Position numbers and translations under genes: made by a program. Of a stretch of DNA of 36,014 bases, positions 1 through 9,825 are shown piece by piece. Each line of letters opens with the position of its first letter. The stretch's first letter is position 1. Below the pieces are notes generated by a model, which worked only from the letters and a program-made list of their open reading frames with translations, searched no databases and had not been told where the DNA came from. This DNA comes from a virus (taxonomy: Duplodnaviria; Caudoviricetes), in IMG/VR virus record IMGVR_UViG_3300025150_000523, positions 1-36,014 of that record, one strand, 5' to 3'.

Positions 1-834
1 CGAGCAAGCCTCTGGAATTTCAGAGAAAAGATCGTACATCTCTTCGGCAGACTTGAGATAGAACTGGTCGGTTGGATAACCAGCACCGGTATTCTCCGTG
101 TTCTTCATCCGAAGATGCTTCAAAATGTCATGTGCTGGACTATCGCTCTGTCGAATGTAATGGACATCGTTGGCGGCGACGATCTTGATGCCGCGTTGCT
201 CAGCCTCTATGATCAAGCGATCCTGGATCTTCTTTTGGGCATCATGTAAGTTCTGAGAGCGCTCATCGTTGGGGCTGGACGCATGCTTGTGAATCTCCAA
301 ATAGAAATCATCTCCCAAACGAGAATGCCACCAATTCAATAGCTCTACGATGCGCTTTTCTTCATCTCGAAGAATGGCTTGCGGCACCATTCCAGAAATA
401 CAACCTGCGGTTACGACAAGACCATCCAAATGTTGCTCAATGGTCTCCAAGTCAACTCTTGGCTCATAGTAATAGCCGATGTTTGTTCCAATGTTGGAAA
501 TCTCGACCAAATTCTTGTAGCCTCGCTCGTTTTTGCAGAGGACTGTCGCGTGGTAATGCTTCGGGCGGCGCATTTTGCCGTCACGCATGACGCTCTCTTT
601 GACGCGCATATCTCCATCACAAATGTATATCTCGCATCCAATGATGCCTTCAATGCCTTCATCGTAGCAAGCATTGGAAAATGCAACTGCGCCGCCCAAG
701 CGCCCGTGGTCAGTCAGGGCGATAGCTGGCATGCCAAGATCTTTTGTCTTCTTGGCTAAATCGATAACCGAGCAAAGTGCGTCATTGACGCTAAACTTGC
801 TGTGGCAGTGTAAATGTACGAAATCATTCCTCAT
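1..834 (-). CDS. dnaE: DNA polymerase III alpha subunit, N-terminal PHP domain (runs off the window edge)
   Basis: Not in the ORF track. Manual translation from ATG 834 gives MRNDFVHLHCHSKFSVNDA...AIALTDHG...IIGCEIY...GYKNL...YYEPRVD...FYLEIH...VAANDVHY...QFYLKSAEEM, the DnaE PHP motifs. The frame is open to base 1, with an ATGA overlap with the upstream gene. Confidence 0.95.
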   Translation of the reverse strand, partial: MRNDFVHLHCHSKFSVNDALCSVIDLAKKTKDLGMPAIALTDHGRLGGAVAFSNACYDEGIEGIIGCEIYICDGDMRVKESVMRDGKMRRPKHYHATVLCKNERGYKNLVEISNIGTNIGYYYEPRVDLETIEQHLDGLVVTAGCISGMVPQAILRDEEKRIVELLNWWHSRLGDDFYLEIHKHASSPNDERSQNLHDAQKKIQDRLIIEAEQRGIKIVAANDVHYIRQSDSPAHDILKHLRMKNTENTGAGYPTDQFYLKSAEEMYDLFSEIPEACS

Positions 835-1574
835 TTCTTTTCCTCATTATCTATTCGTTCGTTAGTATCCCAAACCGCGAACTTCTCCAGACGCATTTGC
901 AAGCCCGGAACTATTAAACTCTCAATCTCGTGATTTCCGTATTCGCTTCTTCTGCGAAACGTCTTCAGGATTGGATCGAAAACAATAATCTTATTGTTCT
1001 TTATTTTCAACCAAACTTTGCCATAATTTTCAAATTCAATATCTTGACTTCCAGCGCCAGTTCGACTATATTCCTGAATTTCTCGCAAACCCAGACCACA
1101 AAATTCACATGTGTAATTTGTATAATAGTTGTACTCATAATCCCATCCATTATCATCATTTGAATGACGTGGGTTTGAAAATACATGAGAACAACCAGAT
1201 CGCTTGTCTTGGACCTTCAGCCCGAGTTTTGTTTGGAGCTTGGATATCTTCTTTTCCAGATTCCCAATCGTCTCGTCATCCGACGGCTGTTCCTCCATTA
1301 TAACACCATCGGCCTCGGGCTGCCCCATTTCTATCGTCTCAGCCCAGGCCATGAGGACAGCCATTGTCTGTATCAATTCCTCATATAAATTGTCGTTATC
1401 TTGTTTCAGAATTGCTTTCGCGACTTCTCCTACTTCTTCGACAACAACAGTCAGTTTGACCATATCATGGTCATCCCAAAATCCCGCCTGTCTTCCCCAA
1501 ATATCGTCTTGTCTATCCCGTTCTTTGTAAATCAGTTGTTCTATATTGCGTCTTGCTTCTTCAAGATTCTTCAT
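831..1574 (-). CDS. MazG-like NTP pyrophosphohydrolase domain fused to an unknown Cys/His-containing C-terminal domain
   Basis: ERDRQDDIWG...VVVEEVGEVAKA...LYEELIQTMAV matches the all-alpha NTP-PPase EExxE...EExxQ pattern. The C-terminal part has CSH...CEFCG. Confidence 0.75.
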   Translation of the reverse strand: MKNLEEARRNIEQLIYKERDRQDDIWGRQAGFWDDHDMVKLTVVVEEVGEVAKAILKQDNDNLYEELIQTMAVLMAWAETIEMGQPEADGVIMEEQPSDDETIGNLEKKISKLQTKLGLKVQDKRSGCSHVFSNPRHSNDDNGWDYEYNYYTNYTCEFCGLGLREIQEYSRTGAGSQDIEFENYGKVWLKIKNNKIIVFDPILKTFRRRSEYGNHEIESLIVPGLQMRLEKFAVWDTNERIDNEEKK

Positions 1575-2457
1575 CGGACCATATCCTCATTTCATCTCGC
1601 ACGTTGTTCTCTCCCACAATGACTTCTCTGACAGTAGCTTTGTAGGAAAAATACTGTGGTGTATTCTTCAGTCGTTTCTTTTCTCTATCGAAATCGAACG
1701 TCCTATCGTTCAGTGGATTTCCTCGCCAATCTACAGGAATCCCTGGGTTACCTTCGCCGATCTTTTTATTGATTTGCTTCTTAGTTTTTGTACGGCAGAT
1801 TTTTAGTTCCGAAGCGAAAGAGTTCGGCAATCTATAACCAACGTAATATCCGCCTCGATCTCGAAGAAGTTGATATCTCTCTGCCTCTCTTGGGTTGGCT
1901 TCTCGCATCTTTTCAAGTTCTTGCATAATAACGGGTCTATTTTGACTCTTAGCCTTGATAGTATAGTTCGGAATGATTTTCAGATGAGAACATTGATGGA
2001 GATATGAAATGACAGTTCTTCGACTGATGTTACATCTCTCGGCGATGTTACTGTAAGATTGAGGAGTTCCCGAGCCTGCAACCAAAACCCCCATCAAATA
2101 AGAACGGTTCTGTGCTTTGTTTAGGCAGAGATTTTCCAAATCAACTTCAAGGCCCCTCTTATTGAGAATTCTGATCTGAAGATGTTCGCAAATCTTGGCA
2201 ATGCCTCGCAGATAAACCTTATCTGAAGCGATTTTCCAATAAACCCCATCTCCAGCCGTCAACATCCGATAAGCTGTTGCCTTGGATATTTTTGGCCAGC
2301 GCATCAAAATGTCAAAGGTGTCTTCTTTAGAAAAAAACCCTTGCCCACCATTATTGCGCTGATCAAGCGTCTTGAAAATGATCCAAGTGTTCAGTAGATC
2401 TATTTCGTTCGCCGCGAAAGCAGCTTCGATCATATCGGGGTATATTACAGTTTTCAT
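1561..2457 (-). CDS. hypothetical DNA-binding protein with helix-turn-helix
   Basis: 298-aa ORF coupled to its neighbours; QSYSNIAERCNISRRTVISYL is HTH-like. Confidence 0.55.
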   Translation of the reverse strand: MKTVIYPDMIEAAFAANEIDLLNTWIIFKTLDQRNNGGQGFFSKEDTFDILMRWPKISKATAYRMLTAGDGVYWKIASDKVYLRGIAKICEHLQIRILNKRGLEVDLENLCLNKAQNRSYLMGVLVAGSGTPQSYSNIAERCNISRRTVISYLHQCSHLKIIPNYTIKAKSQNRPVIMQELEKMREANPREAERYQLLRDRGGYYVGYRLPNSFASELKICRTKTKKQINKKIGEGNPGIPVDWRGNPLNDRTFDFDREKKRLKNTPQYFSYKATVREVIVGENNVRDEMRIWSDEES

Positions 2458-2813
2458 TCAGTCGGCAAAATCCTATCAGCTTCCGGCAGACCCATTCCAT
2501 ATGAATTCGCTACATTGGTCAGTAAAGCTTGGCGTGCTATACCCAATTTCATCATCTCATATTCCAAGCCCTTGTAGACCAAATATAACAATAAATCATC
2601 CTCTTCGTTGCCGAGAATTTCTCGGAAAATCACTTCCACTGTCTTGAATTGAATCAGTGGCACCCCTTCGAGATCAAAGTCCAAAGTGTAATGTTCCTTC
2701 TTCTGAAGAAGTTCTTTGTCTTCGCGGATTTCGGCTATTCTTTTCTCGATGTGTTTTCTTGCCTTTTGTCTTTTGACTGGATCCGACCAGTGTTCCAGCA
2801 TATCTTTTGTCAT
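2454..2813 (-). CDS. hypothetical protein
   Basis: 119-aa ORF with a GGAGG SD upstream and an ATGA overlap with the next gene. Confidence 0.7.
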   Translation of the reverse strand: MTKDMLEHWSDPVKRQKARKHIEKRIAEIREDKELLQKKEHYTLDFDLEGVPLIQFKTVEVIFREILGNEEDDLLLYLVYKGLEYEMMKLGIARQALLTNVANSYGMGLPEADRILPTE

Positions 2814-2837
2814 TATCGTCCTCCAAAGAAGATCATA

Positions 2838-3659
2838 TCATTCGTCCTCAAAATCATAGGCGAGTCTGGCTGCTTCATAAAGGTGTTCCTTCAGTAAATC
2901 CTGTTTTTGAGATGGAGACAAAGATGCCACCTTTTGCCAATCGGCCAATAGATCGTCTGGAAGATGGAAGTCTCGGCCGGGCCTCAGGCAAAATGATGGA
3001 TGCAGCGTGGCCATGTAATAGCAAGAATGACCAAATCCACCGAACGTAATCTGCCTCTTCTTGCCAGCGGTTTCCGTGATCTTTCCCTTGCTCTTGGCAA
3101 TATGCCTCAAAGGTTTACTGCCACAACCCAGAATAACAAAGGGCTTGATGATAGCAATCTCTTTAAACAACCAAGGGCGACAAACCTGGACAGTCTCTTT
3201 GACTTCATCAATATTCGCATCGGGGAATTTGTTGTTGGGAGGGCGGCAATGAATGACGTTGGAAATGTAAACCTCATTCGCGTCAAGGCCGGACTCGGCG
3301 ATAGCTTCACGCAGTAATGCCCCCGCACGCCCCACAAAAGGCTTTCCTTGATATACTTCATCTTTACCCGGAGCCTCACCGATGATCATCAAACCTGCTG
3401 TGTGAGAACCGACACCCGAAACTGGCAGGCCGTAACCATCATCAACACAGTCGTCTCCAATGAAGTGAAGCTCCTCGTTCTTATTGAATAGCCAACACTT
3501 TTGACACTTGACGGTAGCCAAGCGAATCTGCCACAGGGCTTCACGGGCCTCGTCGCCTTCCAGTTGATAAAGCTCCTCCAGAGACAGATCGGTATAGTCA
3601 ATAGACCCTGGCTGAAACTCTGACAGTTTTTGATCAGGTATCTTCATTTCTCTTGGCAA
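2838..3659 (-). CDS. uracil-DNA glycosylase, family 4 (Fe-S)
   Basis: CQKCWL, IIGEAPGKDE..QGKPFVGRAG, NVIHCRPPNN, CRPWLFKEI, TLHPS. Confidence 0.93.
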   Translation of the reverse strand: MPREMKIPDQKLSEFQPGSIDYTDLSLEELYQLEGDEAREALWQIRLATVKCQKCWLFNKNEELHFIGDDCVDDGYGLPVSGVGSHTAGLMIIGEAPGKDEVYQGKPFVGRAGALLREAIAESGLDANEVYISNVIHCRPPNNKFPDANIDEVKETVQVCRPWLFKEIAIIKPFVILGCGSKPLRHIAKSKGKITETAGKKRQITFGGFGHSCYYMATLHPSFCLRPGRDFHLPDDLLADWQKVASLSPSQKQDLLKEHLYEAARLAYDFEDE

Positions 3660-4311
3660 TGATCTTCTCCTTATGTCCTCTTAACATCTTCATCAGTGTT
3701 CGGTCAAGCTTCTTCAGATTAACTCGATCTTCTCCAGCAATCCAAGCATCAAGATTTCTGTATACCTTCTCGATAAAATCCCAATCTTCAGGATAATCCA
3801 ATAGATGATCGCGGCAAATAGAACTGATCTTGATATTAAAATCATCAAGTATCAATCCCCCGATTCTCATCTCTCGATTCTTTTTTGATCTTGCTTCTTC
3901 GAGTTCATACTGCTTAACCGCAGCCAGAATCTCGTCTTTTGGCTCGAATCCCGAGATCCCCTTGATCGAAGCCATGATAGACAGCGCTTCACCGAATCCC
4001 ACATTGAGATATTCCTTGATGAAATCTATCTTTGTTCCAGATGCGCCGCAAGAACGACACAGAAAGACTCCCTTTTCATTGTTAGCATCAAGGCTCGGAC
4101 TTGTGTCGCTATGAAACGGACACAAAACCCTCAATTCTTCTCCAGAGTCATCTACTTCAAAGTTGAAATGCAGCAAGATGTCTTCAAAGCTGACACTGTT
4201 AATGATATGGTGAGTCAGATGCTGGGGCACCCTTCTCTTATCATTCTTCGGTTGGGCTTTAGGATTCTTCTCTTCGCATTTTTTGATGATTTCGAAGAAG
4301 CGAGGCTTCAT
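3634..4311 (-). CDS. CHC2 zinc-finger protein (DnaG primase zinc-binding domain only)
   Basis: LCPFHSDTSPSL...FLCRSCGASG..IDF; no TOPRIM domain in the 225 aa. Confidence 0.85.
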   Translation of the reverse strand: MKPRFFEIIKKCEEKNPKAQPKNDKRRVPQHLTHHIINSVSFEDILLHFNFEVDDSGEELRVLCPFHSDTSPSLDANNEKGVFLCRSCGASGTKIDFIKEYLNVGFGEALSIMASIKGISGFEPKDEILAAVKQYELEEARSKKNREMRIGGLILDDFNIKISSICRDHLLDYPEDWDFIEKVYRNLDAWIAGEDRVNLKKLDRTLMKMLRGHKEKIIAKRNEDT

Positions 4312-5897
4312 CAGAGATTATCCTCTACATCGTCAAACTCATATTCATCTTCTCGATGCTCTGCTGCCTCTGAAATGGCATTAAACATCGCAGTCGCAGA
4401 TTTGTCAGGCTTGTTTCCACCAAGATATCTCTGGACTCTGGCGGTCTTTTCTGCCAGCGGGGCAATCAGGGCCACTTCTGGATCGAAAAGCGCTGGGAAT
4501 GGGTCGAAATAGCAGTCTCGACCCTTGACCTGATGATACCACATATACATATGCTTAGTATGCTCAGATGGCTTTTGAGGATTAATTCCGATCACATAGT
4601 CCGCATGGTCAACCGTTTTCTTAGCGTCCTGAATCATTTCGGGAGTGAAAACGATACTTCCATGATCATCATCATCATTCTTTTCCTGGCGCTTTCTTAA
4701 GATCTTCAGACCCTCTCTGTTTATCTGCTGTGCTGTGAAGATCGGCAGTTCATATTTCCGAGCCAGATTGCGCAACTGGATTGTGGCGCGGCTGACGATT
4801 TCAAAGTCCTTCTTGCCTCGTGATTCAAATCTATCCGAAAGCTCCATGATTCCCAGGTAATCAACAAAGACAGCATCCGGTGGACGGCCTGCGGCACGAA
4901 GCGCTCGAATGCGGTACTCAATCTCTTCGACTGTTTTATTGTCCTGTTGATCGATAAAGATGTAGTAATTGTCTAATTGCTCATTCTGGTAGTCAAGATA
5001 GTCCTTGAAAACTTCATACTGATTTGGATCGAGATCAAAGTCTTTGAAGTTATCATAGGGGATGCGCAGGGCACGAGATCGGTCATGCATGCTCATTGCG
5101 ATCTTGCGAGACATATAGCGAGAAGCGCACTGCCACATCGGCATTTCGTAGGAAAAAAACAGGATGTTCTTGCCCGCTTCGTGAGCAGCGCAGGACCAAT
5201 TGAGCAAAGCTGTAGATTTACCCTTGTTTACCTCTCCCAAAATGACAATCAACTGAGAGTCGCGATATCCCTTGACCGCCTCATCAATCGGTGGCAACCC
5301 TACCGTAACTTTGCCCTGCTTTTCTCTCTTCTGCTTCTCTGCGATAAAGAAATCTTCGATAGACTTGGCATCGCCAGCGACATCCATAACTTTGCTTGGC
5401 TCGCCGACTGTTAATCCAACCATTCCGATCTTGTTGACTTCTTCTTTGATCTTTTCATAAGCCTCAACAGGATCGTGCTTTGCAAAGGCATTCTTAATCT
5501 TGTATGGAATCTTCGCACAAGAATGCTGGATGTATCTTTCTCGAAGCTCTTCAAGCAAATACTCGAAGTTCATCAAGGGTTCTGGTAAAGACTGGACTTC
5601 AGAGAATGCCTTATTGATCCCTACGCGAACAGTTTCTTCCAGGTCCTTCTTTTCGAGTTCATTCTCAAACTCGTCAGGAGTTATGATCGAACCGAACTTG
5701 GAGTAAAACTCAACAAGGGTTTTGTAGACCGCCCCGTAGAAATTGTATTTGCCCGCATCATCAGGACAGTAAATGAAATGCTCAAAAACTATTCCAGTGC
5801 TGACCGCCGAACGGATATTCTCTTGCCTGCTCAGCATTTGAGCTAAAATCTGTTGTTCAAGTTCTTCTTGAGTTACACTATCATGCTGTTTATTCAT
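4311..5897 (-). CDS. dnaB: DnaB-like replicative helicase
   Basis: VGLPPIDE, Walker A GEVNKGKST, FFSYEM, VFVDYL, LRNLARKYELPIFTAQQINR, ADYVI, VKGRD. Confidence 0.92.
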   Translation of the reverse strand: MNKQHDSVTQEELEQQILAQMLSRQENIRSAVSTGIVFEHFIYCPDDAGKYNFYGAVYKTLVEFYSKFGSIITPDEFENELEKKDLEETVRVGINKAFSEVQSLPEPLMNFEYLLEELRERYIQHSCAKIPYKIKNAFAKHDPVEAYEKIKEEVNKIGMVGLTVGEPSKVMDVAGDAKSIEDFFIAEKQKREKQGKVTVGLPPIDEAVKGYRDSQLIVILGEVNKGKSTALLNWSCAAHEAGKNILFFSYEMPMWQCASRYMSRKIAMSMHDRSRALRIPYDNFKDFDLDPNQYEVFKDYLDYQNEQLDNYYIFIDQQDNKTVEEIEYRIRALRAAGRPPDAVFVDYLGIMELSDRFESRGKKDFEIVSRATIQLRNLARKYELPIFTAQQINREGLKILRKRQEKNDDDDHGSIVFTPEMIQDAKKTVDHADYVIGINPQKPSEHTKHMYMWYHQVKGRDCYFDPFPALFDPEVALIAPLAEKTARVQRYLGGNKPDKSATAMFNAISEAAEHREDEYEFDDVEDNL

Positions 5898-6636
5898 CTT
5901 CTACTTCACCTAGCTCCCTGCCGAAATCATCGGTGCCCGCTCCCTGAGGAAGAGTAATCAAAAAGGAGTTCTTGATGAAAGACAGGACGCTCGGTCCAAA
6001 CATTTCTTTCATGGCTTCTTTTGTCAAATTCATTGTCCAGATGATCGGCTTGTTCTTGCTCAACCTCTTAGAGAACAAAACTTCAAGTTTCATTTTGAAA
6101 TAGTTGTTGTCCATATAGGCGTATTCAGTAGCCCCATCTATGACTATCAAATCACAATAGTTGAAAATGTACTCAGCCATTTGTATGCTTTCAACATTGT
6201 TGAAGGATGATAGAGAATCATATAGGACTGGCCAGGGCAAATAATATACACTGTGTGAGAATTCCAACGCGCTCTTCAATATGACCGCTGAAAGCAGAGT
6301 CTTGCCACTGCCTTCCAGTCCCCTGAAAACGATACTGTTGGATTCCACCTCATTGCCTTTAGATGAAGGCATGGAAATGACACCACCGGCCAATACTTCT
6401 TCAATATTGTCGGTGTACTTCTTGGTCAATTCGTAAGCGAGCGCTTTTTGCTTGCGGTCTTTCGCTGAGAGGCTTTTGCTCTGGGAGTCATTTCGGAGGT
6501 CGAAATGTTCCAACTCGTAATCCCAGAATTGACGAGGGAGGTTGATTCTGGTAAATAATTCCTTGATTTGCTCTTCTGCAATGGACTCATTTTCAATGGC
6601 GATTCCACTGGGAAGCAATTCATATCCTCTGGACAT
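5890..6636 (-). CDS. DnaC/IstB-like ATPase, probable helicase loader
   Basis: Walker A GLEGSGKT, CDLIVIDG, R...KPIIWTMN; adjacent to dnaB. Start placed at ATG 6636 after GGGAG. Confidence 0.8.
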   Translation of the reverse strand: MSRGYELLPSGIAIENESIAEEQIKELFTRINLPRQFWDYELEHFDLRNDSQSKSLSAKDRKQKALAYELTKKYTDNIEEVLAGGVISMPSSKGNEVESNSIVFRGLEGSGKTLLSAVILKSALEFSHSVYYLPWPVLYDSLSSFNNVESIQMAEYIFNYCDLIVIDGATEYAYMDNNYFKMKLEVLFSKRLSKNKPIIWTMNLTKEAMKEMFGPSVLSFIKNSFLITLPQGAGTDDFGRELGEVEDE

Positions 6637-6671
6637 AGTATCTCCCTGCATAACACAACGCCCCCATGAGG

Positions 6672-6700
6672 ATTATAACCTCGCGGGGGCCAACGGTCAA
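6672..6700 (-). promoter_or_regulatory. sigma70-type promoter for the loader-helicase-polymerase operon
   Basis: TTGACC-N17-TATAAT on the minus strand in the intergenic gap. Confidence 0.8.
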
Positions 6701-6713
6701 GCTCGGTCCCGGA

Positions 6714-7097
6714 TCAGGTCGGGACAGCGTGATAATGAGTAATCAATTCCCAGAGCAACCAGATATTCAACACTGGCTGGACCAAGAAGAGATACCAAGC
6801 GGGGATGGTCAGATTTGCAAAGCCCTTAGAGCCACCAGAGGCGGCCCCCTTATTTCTTATGACGCGAGCGCGGCTCATTCCCAGAACGGGGATATCATTT
6901 TGAGGATGGACCACAGCGGTCAATTGATGAACCATGTAGCAAATGACAATCATCAACGCTGGTAGAAGAACAAGGATGGACAGTGAAATCGTCCAGGGCA
7001 ATTGAGAGAACAGGATGACTGCCCCGGTCAAAACGAAACTGAAACATCCCGAGACGATCATAAGGCTTTGCCCCATCAAATCGTCACTTTTCAACAT
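6714..7097 (-). CDS. small membrane protein
   Basis: Two to three hydrophobic segments; coupled to the upstream gene. Confidence 0.6.
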   Translation of the reverse strand: MLKSDDLMGQSLMIVSGCFSFVLTGAVILFSQLPWTISLSILVLLPALMIVICYMVHQLTAVVHPQNDIPVLGMSRARVIRNKGAASGGSKGFANLTIPAWYLFLVQPVLNIWLLWELITHYHAVPT

Positions 7098-7887
7098 CCT
7101 TTAGCTCCTGATAATGCTCTGCTGGCTCTCCTGGGTAATCTACAGGACGCCACCAGTCTTCGTCCATTATACCGACATCTTCCCAAATGTCAAGCAATTC
7201 CTGTCTCCAGTCCAGTCCGTTAAAGAATTCAGGATAGGGCGACAGGGCAATGCTTTGCTTCGCGATGCGACGCAGAGCAGTAATGTTCTTACTTTCGTGC
7301 TGAGAGCGGATAATCTTGTCAACGCTATTAATGACAAATTGCTCATCTTTATTGGCGACTGAAACCATATACGTCACCATGACAGGAATGCCATAAATCT
7401 TCAGCATATCTACAAATTTGCTTGTTTTCTTTGATTTAGCCCTGATCTTTTCAATAAAGTTCTCTTCCTTAGGAGTATGGATCTCGGACTCTTGAGAGTC
7501 TGCCACATACCTATTGACATACTTTCTGAAAGAAGTGAGCAAAAAGCATCCCGCGTCTTTGATGATGAAAGCTCGGTTCTCATAGCACCAATCCAGAAAG
7601 TCTCTGAAGTCTTTCTTGTCGGTACTCATAGTATGCTTAACAAAAATAGACCGAAGAGCCTTAAGACTGGCAAGATCGGTGCTATATGTTACGAGATACT
7701 TTTGTTTCGTAGTCCTTTCATAAAGATCAATATAATAATGTAAGAAATCTTTGACACTCCATTCCTCAACCTCTTTTTCTTTCGCAGACGTGGCCAGAAT
7801 CTGCTGAAAAGTCACTGTTTTAGCATGAGAGTCCCTCTTTACATCATCAGAAACCTTTTGGATAAGGTCCTCAATCTTCTGCGACAT
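7084..7887 (-). CDS. hypothetical protein
   Basis: Long ORF within the operon; probable start ATG 7887 (MSQKIEDL) after GAGGAAG. Confidence 0.7.
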   Translation of the reverse strand: MSQKIEDLIQKVSDDVKRDSHAKTVTFQQILATSAKEKEVEEWSVKDFLHYYIDLYERTTKQKYLVTYSTDLASLKALRSIFVKHTMSTDKKDFRDFLDWCYENRAFIIKDAGCFLLTSFRKYVNRYVADSQESEIHTPKEENFIEKIRAKSKKTSKFVDMLKIYGIPVMVTYMVSVANKDEQFVINSVDKIIRSQHESKNITALRRIAKQSIALSPYPEFFNGLDWRQELLDIWEDVGIMDEDWWRPVDYPGEPAEHYQELKDVEK

Positions 7888-8572
7888 CTTCTTCCTCTTC
7901 CGGTGTGATCTCATAAACCATACTGATCATATCTGGAAACAACATTTCCACATTGATGATTTTGTCAGCATACGGCAAAAACTGTGCGGAGTGGGTGTTG
8001 AAAATCAATTGTCTTCCCTCTCCTTCTGCTCCATCGTCTTCAGGATTCAAAGTACCTCTGAGCATTTGGGCAGCTAGCGGCCTCCTCGCCTTATCTAAGT
8101 GCTTAAAAGTCTCATCCGCAAGCAGCGGTCCCTCAAGCCTCGGTTGAATGATTTCAAGCTGAGCGATGGCGAAGGCGGCGCTGACGACATCATTATAACC
8201 GCCGCCCTTCTGAGTCAACGGAATTGGTAAGTGCAATCCACCCGTCGCAGGCAATAGGGCTCGCATCGTCGCAATTGATGTATTGCCTCGCTGGCCGTAC
8301 TCAATTTCCAACCGGTGTCCCTTACCAAATACCAATTCGAGAGCAGAACTTCCTGTTGTCTCAAATATAGTCTTTGATCTTTCTCGTCCTTGTTCCATGA
8401 AAGCAAAAACAAGTTCGCTTGCCTTCTGATATGTATCTTTGAGAGAGTTCAGTTTAATGATCTTTTCTTCTGATTCTCGAACGTCTTTCAGGAGATATTC
8501 GCGGCGTTGCTTCTTGCTTTTGAGAGACGCTATACTCGACTGGAGTTTATCAATCATCTCCTGGCTGGTCAT
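7871..8572 (-). CDS. SbcC/Rad50-like ABC ATPase, C-terminal half
   Basis: Coiled coil, then signature-like QKGGG, Walker B/D-loop LLADETFKHLD and H-loop QLIFNTHS; no Walker A. Confidence 0.85.
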   Translation of the reverse strand: MTSQEMIDKLQSSIASLKSKKQRREYLLKDVRESEEKIIKLNSLKDTYQKASELVFAFMEQGRERSKTIFETTGSSALELVFGKGHRLEIEYGQRGNTSIATMRALLPATGGLHLPIPLTQKGGGYNDVVSAAFAIAQLEIIQPRLEGPLLADETFKHLDKARRPLAAQMLRGTLNPEDDGAEGEGRQLIFNTHSAQFLPYADKIINVEMLFPDMISMVYEITPEEEEDVAED

Positions 8573-8819
8573 CAGTCGTCTCCTTAAATTCCTGCTGAAC
8601 TCTCAGCAATTCTTCTTCTAGCTCGGCTTCCCATTCCGGAAGTTTACTCTTTAACTCCTTCAGGGATATATCAAAGTCTTCTCGGCACTGCTCGATGCAT
8701 GCTTCTTTTTGTTCATCGAGTTGTGTCTTTTCTCCCTCAAGTTTCGCCTTGTCATTTTCTGCTTTGGAGATTTTCTTCTCCAGTTCTTCAACCTTCTTGA
8801 TGATCTCTTGTGCGTTCAT
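8550..8819 (-). CDS. small coiled-coil protein of the split SbcCD locus
   Basis: 89 aa, heptad-rich (VEELEKKISKAENDKAKLEGEK). Confidence 0.7.
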   Translation of the reverse strand: MNAQEIIKKVEELEKKISKAENDKAKLEGEKTQLDEQKEACIEQCREDFDISLKELKSKLPEWEAELEEELLRVQQEFKETTDDQPGDD

Positions 8820-8831
8820 TTCATTATCCAG

Positions 8832-9824
8832 TTATTTCTGCTCTGAAAGCATCTCTTTCCATTCAGATTCGACAACTTTCAAAACTTCGTCGTCAGCGCC
8901 CATCTTTTCGCACCAGACCTTCAGATCCTCAAGGGGATTATCGGAGATCTCAATCTCCTCGGCCTGTCTGATTTGTTCAATGACCTCAAGAAACTCTCGG
9001 CGCTGTTTCTTTTCCTTGCGAACCTTCTCGGCCCCAAGGACATTAAAAACTTGACTTCCAGGCTGTGCGGATTCTAGAGGGAAGTTCTTGTATTTTCTGA
9101 TAGTGTAATCTTTTTCTTCATCCATTTCGACAATCATGACCTGAACTTGTCGATTGATATTGTGCTTGATCGCTTGCATTCGACAGATCGAGCCAGGGTT
9201 GCAGAAAATCACTCCGTCATCTCTTATGATGGGTTCGTAGCCTGGGTGATAATGGCCTGAAATAACCATCTCAACATTTGGGTGAACCTTGAAATCGCTC
9301 ACGCAAATATGTTTACCCATGAAATCACTACCATCTGGGAGAATGTAGGCATGAAGAGCAAGAATCTTGCAGTCGATATCGCTGTAACCCATAAATTCAA
9401 CATTATCTATCCAATGTACAACATGAATGGGCAAATCGCCCACCTTGTAGTCATTGCTGATATCAGGAATGATTACGCCCGCCAGAGAAATACTGTAAAT
9501 GCCGGTCCTCTTGATTGTCTCTGGAGTTCCAAAAACATCATGGTTCCCCACCAGAGAATAGATTGGGAACGGCCAAGGCTTCCTTGGTTGCTCAGTATCG
9601 CACAATCCAAGGCAGATTTCAGCAACTCTGTTCCGAATAGAGCCAGAAGGCTCATACTTATCAAACAAGTCCCCCAATAAAACCACCGCATCGCAATGAG
9701 TTTTCACGGCAAGGCTTAGAGACTCAATAAAGCAGTTCTCTATGTCCTGCTTATAGTTATCGATTCTATGTGGTGGATTCTTATCCCTCCAGTGGAGATC
9801 CCCAACAAACATTACTCGGCTCAT
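8832..9824 (-). CDS. sbcD: SbcD/Mre11-like metallophosphoesterase nuclease
   Basis: GDLH, LGDLFD, VGNHD, LALH, SGHYH, NPGS. Confidence 0.9.
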   Translation of the reverse strand: MSRVMFVGDLHWRDKNPPHRIDNYKQDIENCFIESLSLAVKTHCDAVVLLGDLFDKYEPSGSIRNRVAEICLGLCDTEQPRKPWPFPIYSLVGNHDVFGTPETIKRTGIYSISLAGVIIPDISNDYKVGDLPIHVVHWIDNVEFMGYSDIDCKILALHAYILPDGSDFMGKHICVSDFKVHPNVEMVISGHYHPGYEPIIRDDGVIFCNPGSICRMQAIKHNINRQVQVMIVEMDEEKDYTIRKYKNFPLESAQPGSQVFNVLGAEKVRKEKKQRREFLEVIEQIRQAEEIEISDNPLEDLKVWCEKMGADDEVLKVVESEWKEMLSEQK

Positions 9825-9825
9825 T

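Noticed and set aside
379-865. Short ORFs in the track over the first 0.9 kb
   Set aside because: They overlap the dnaE frame (834 to <1), which the track omitted because it has no stop in the window.
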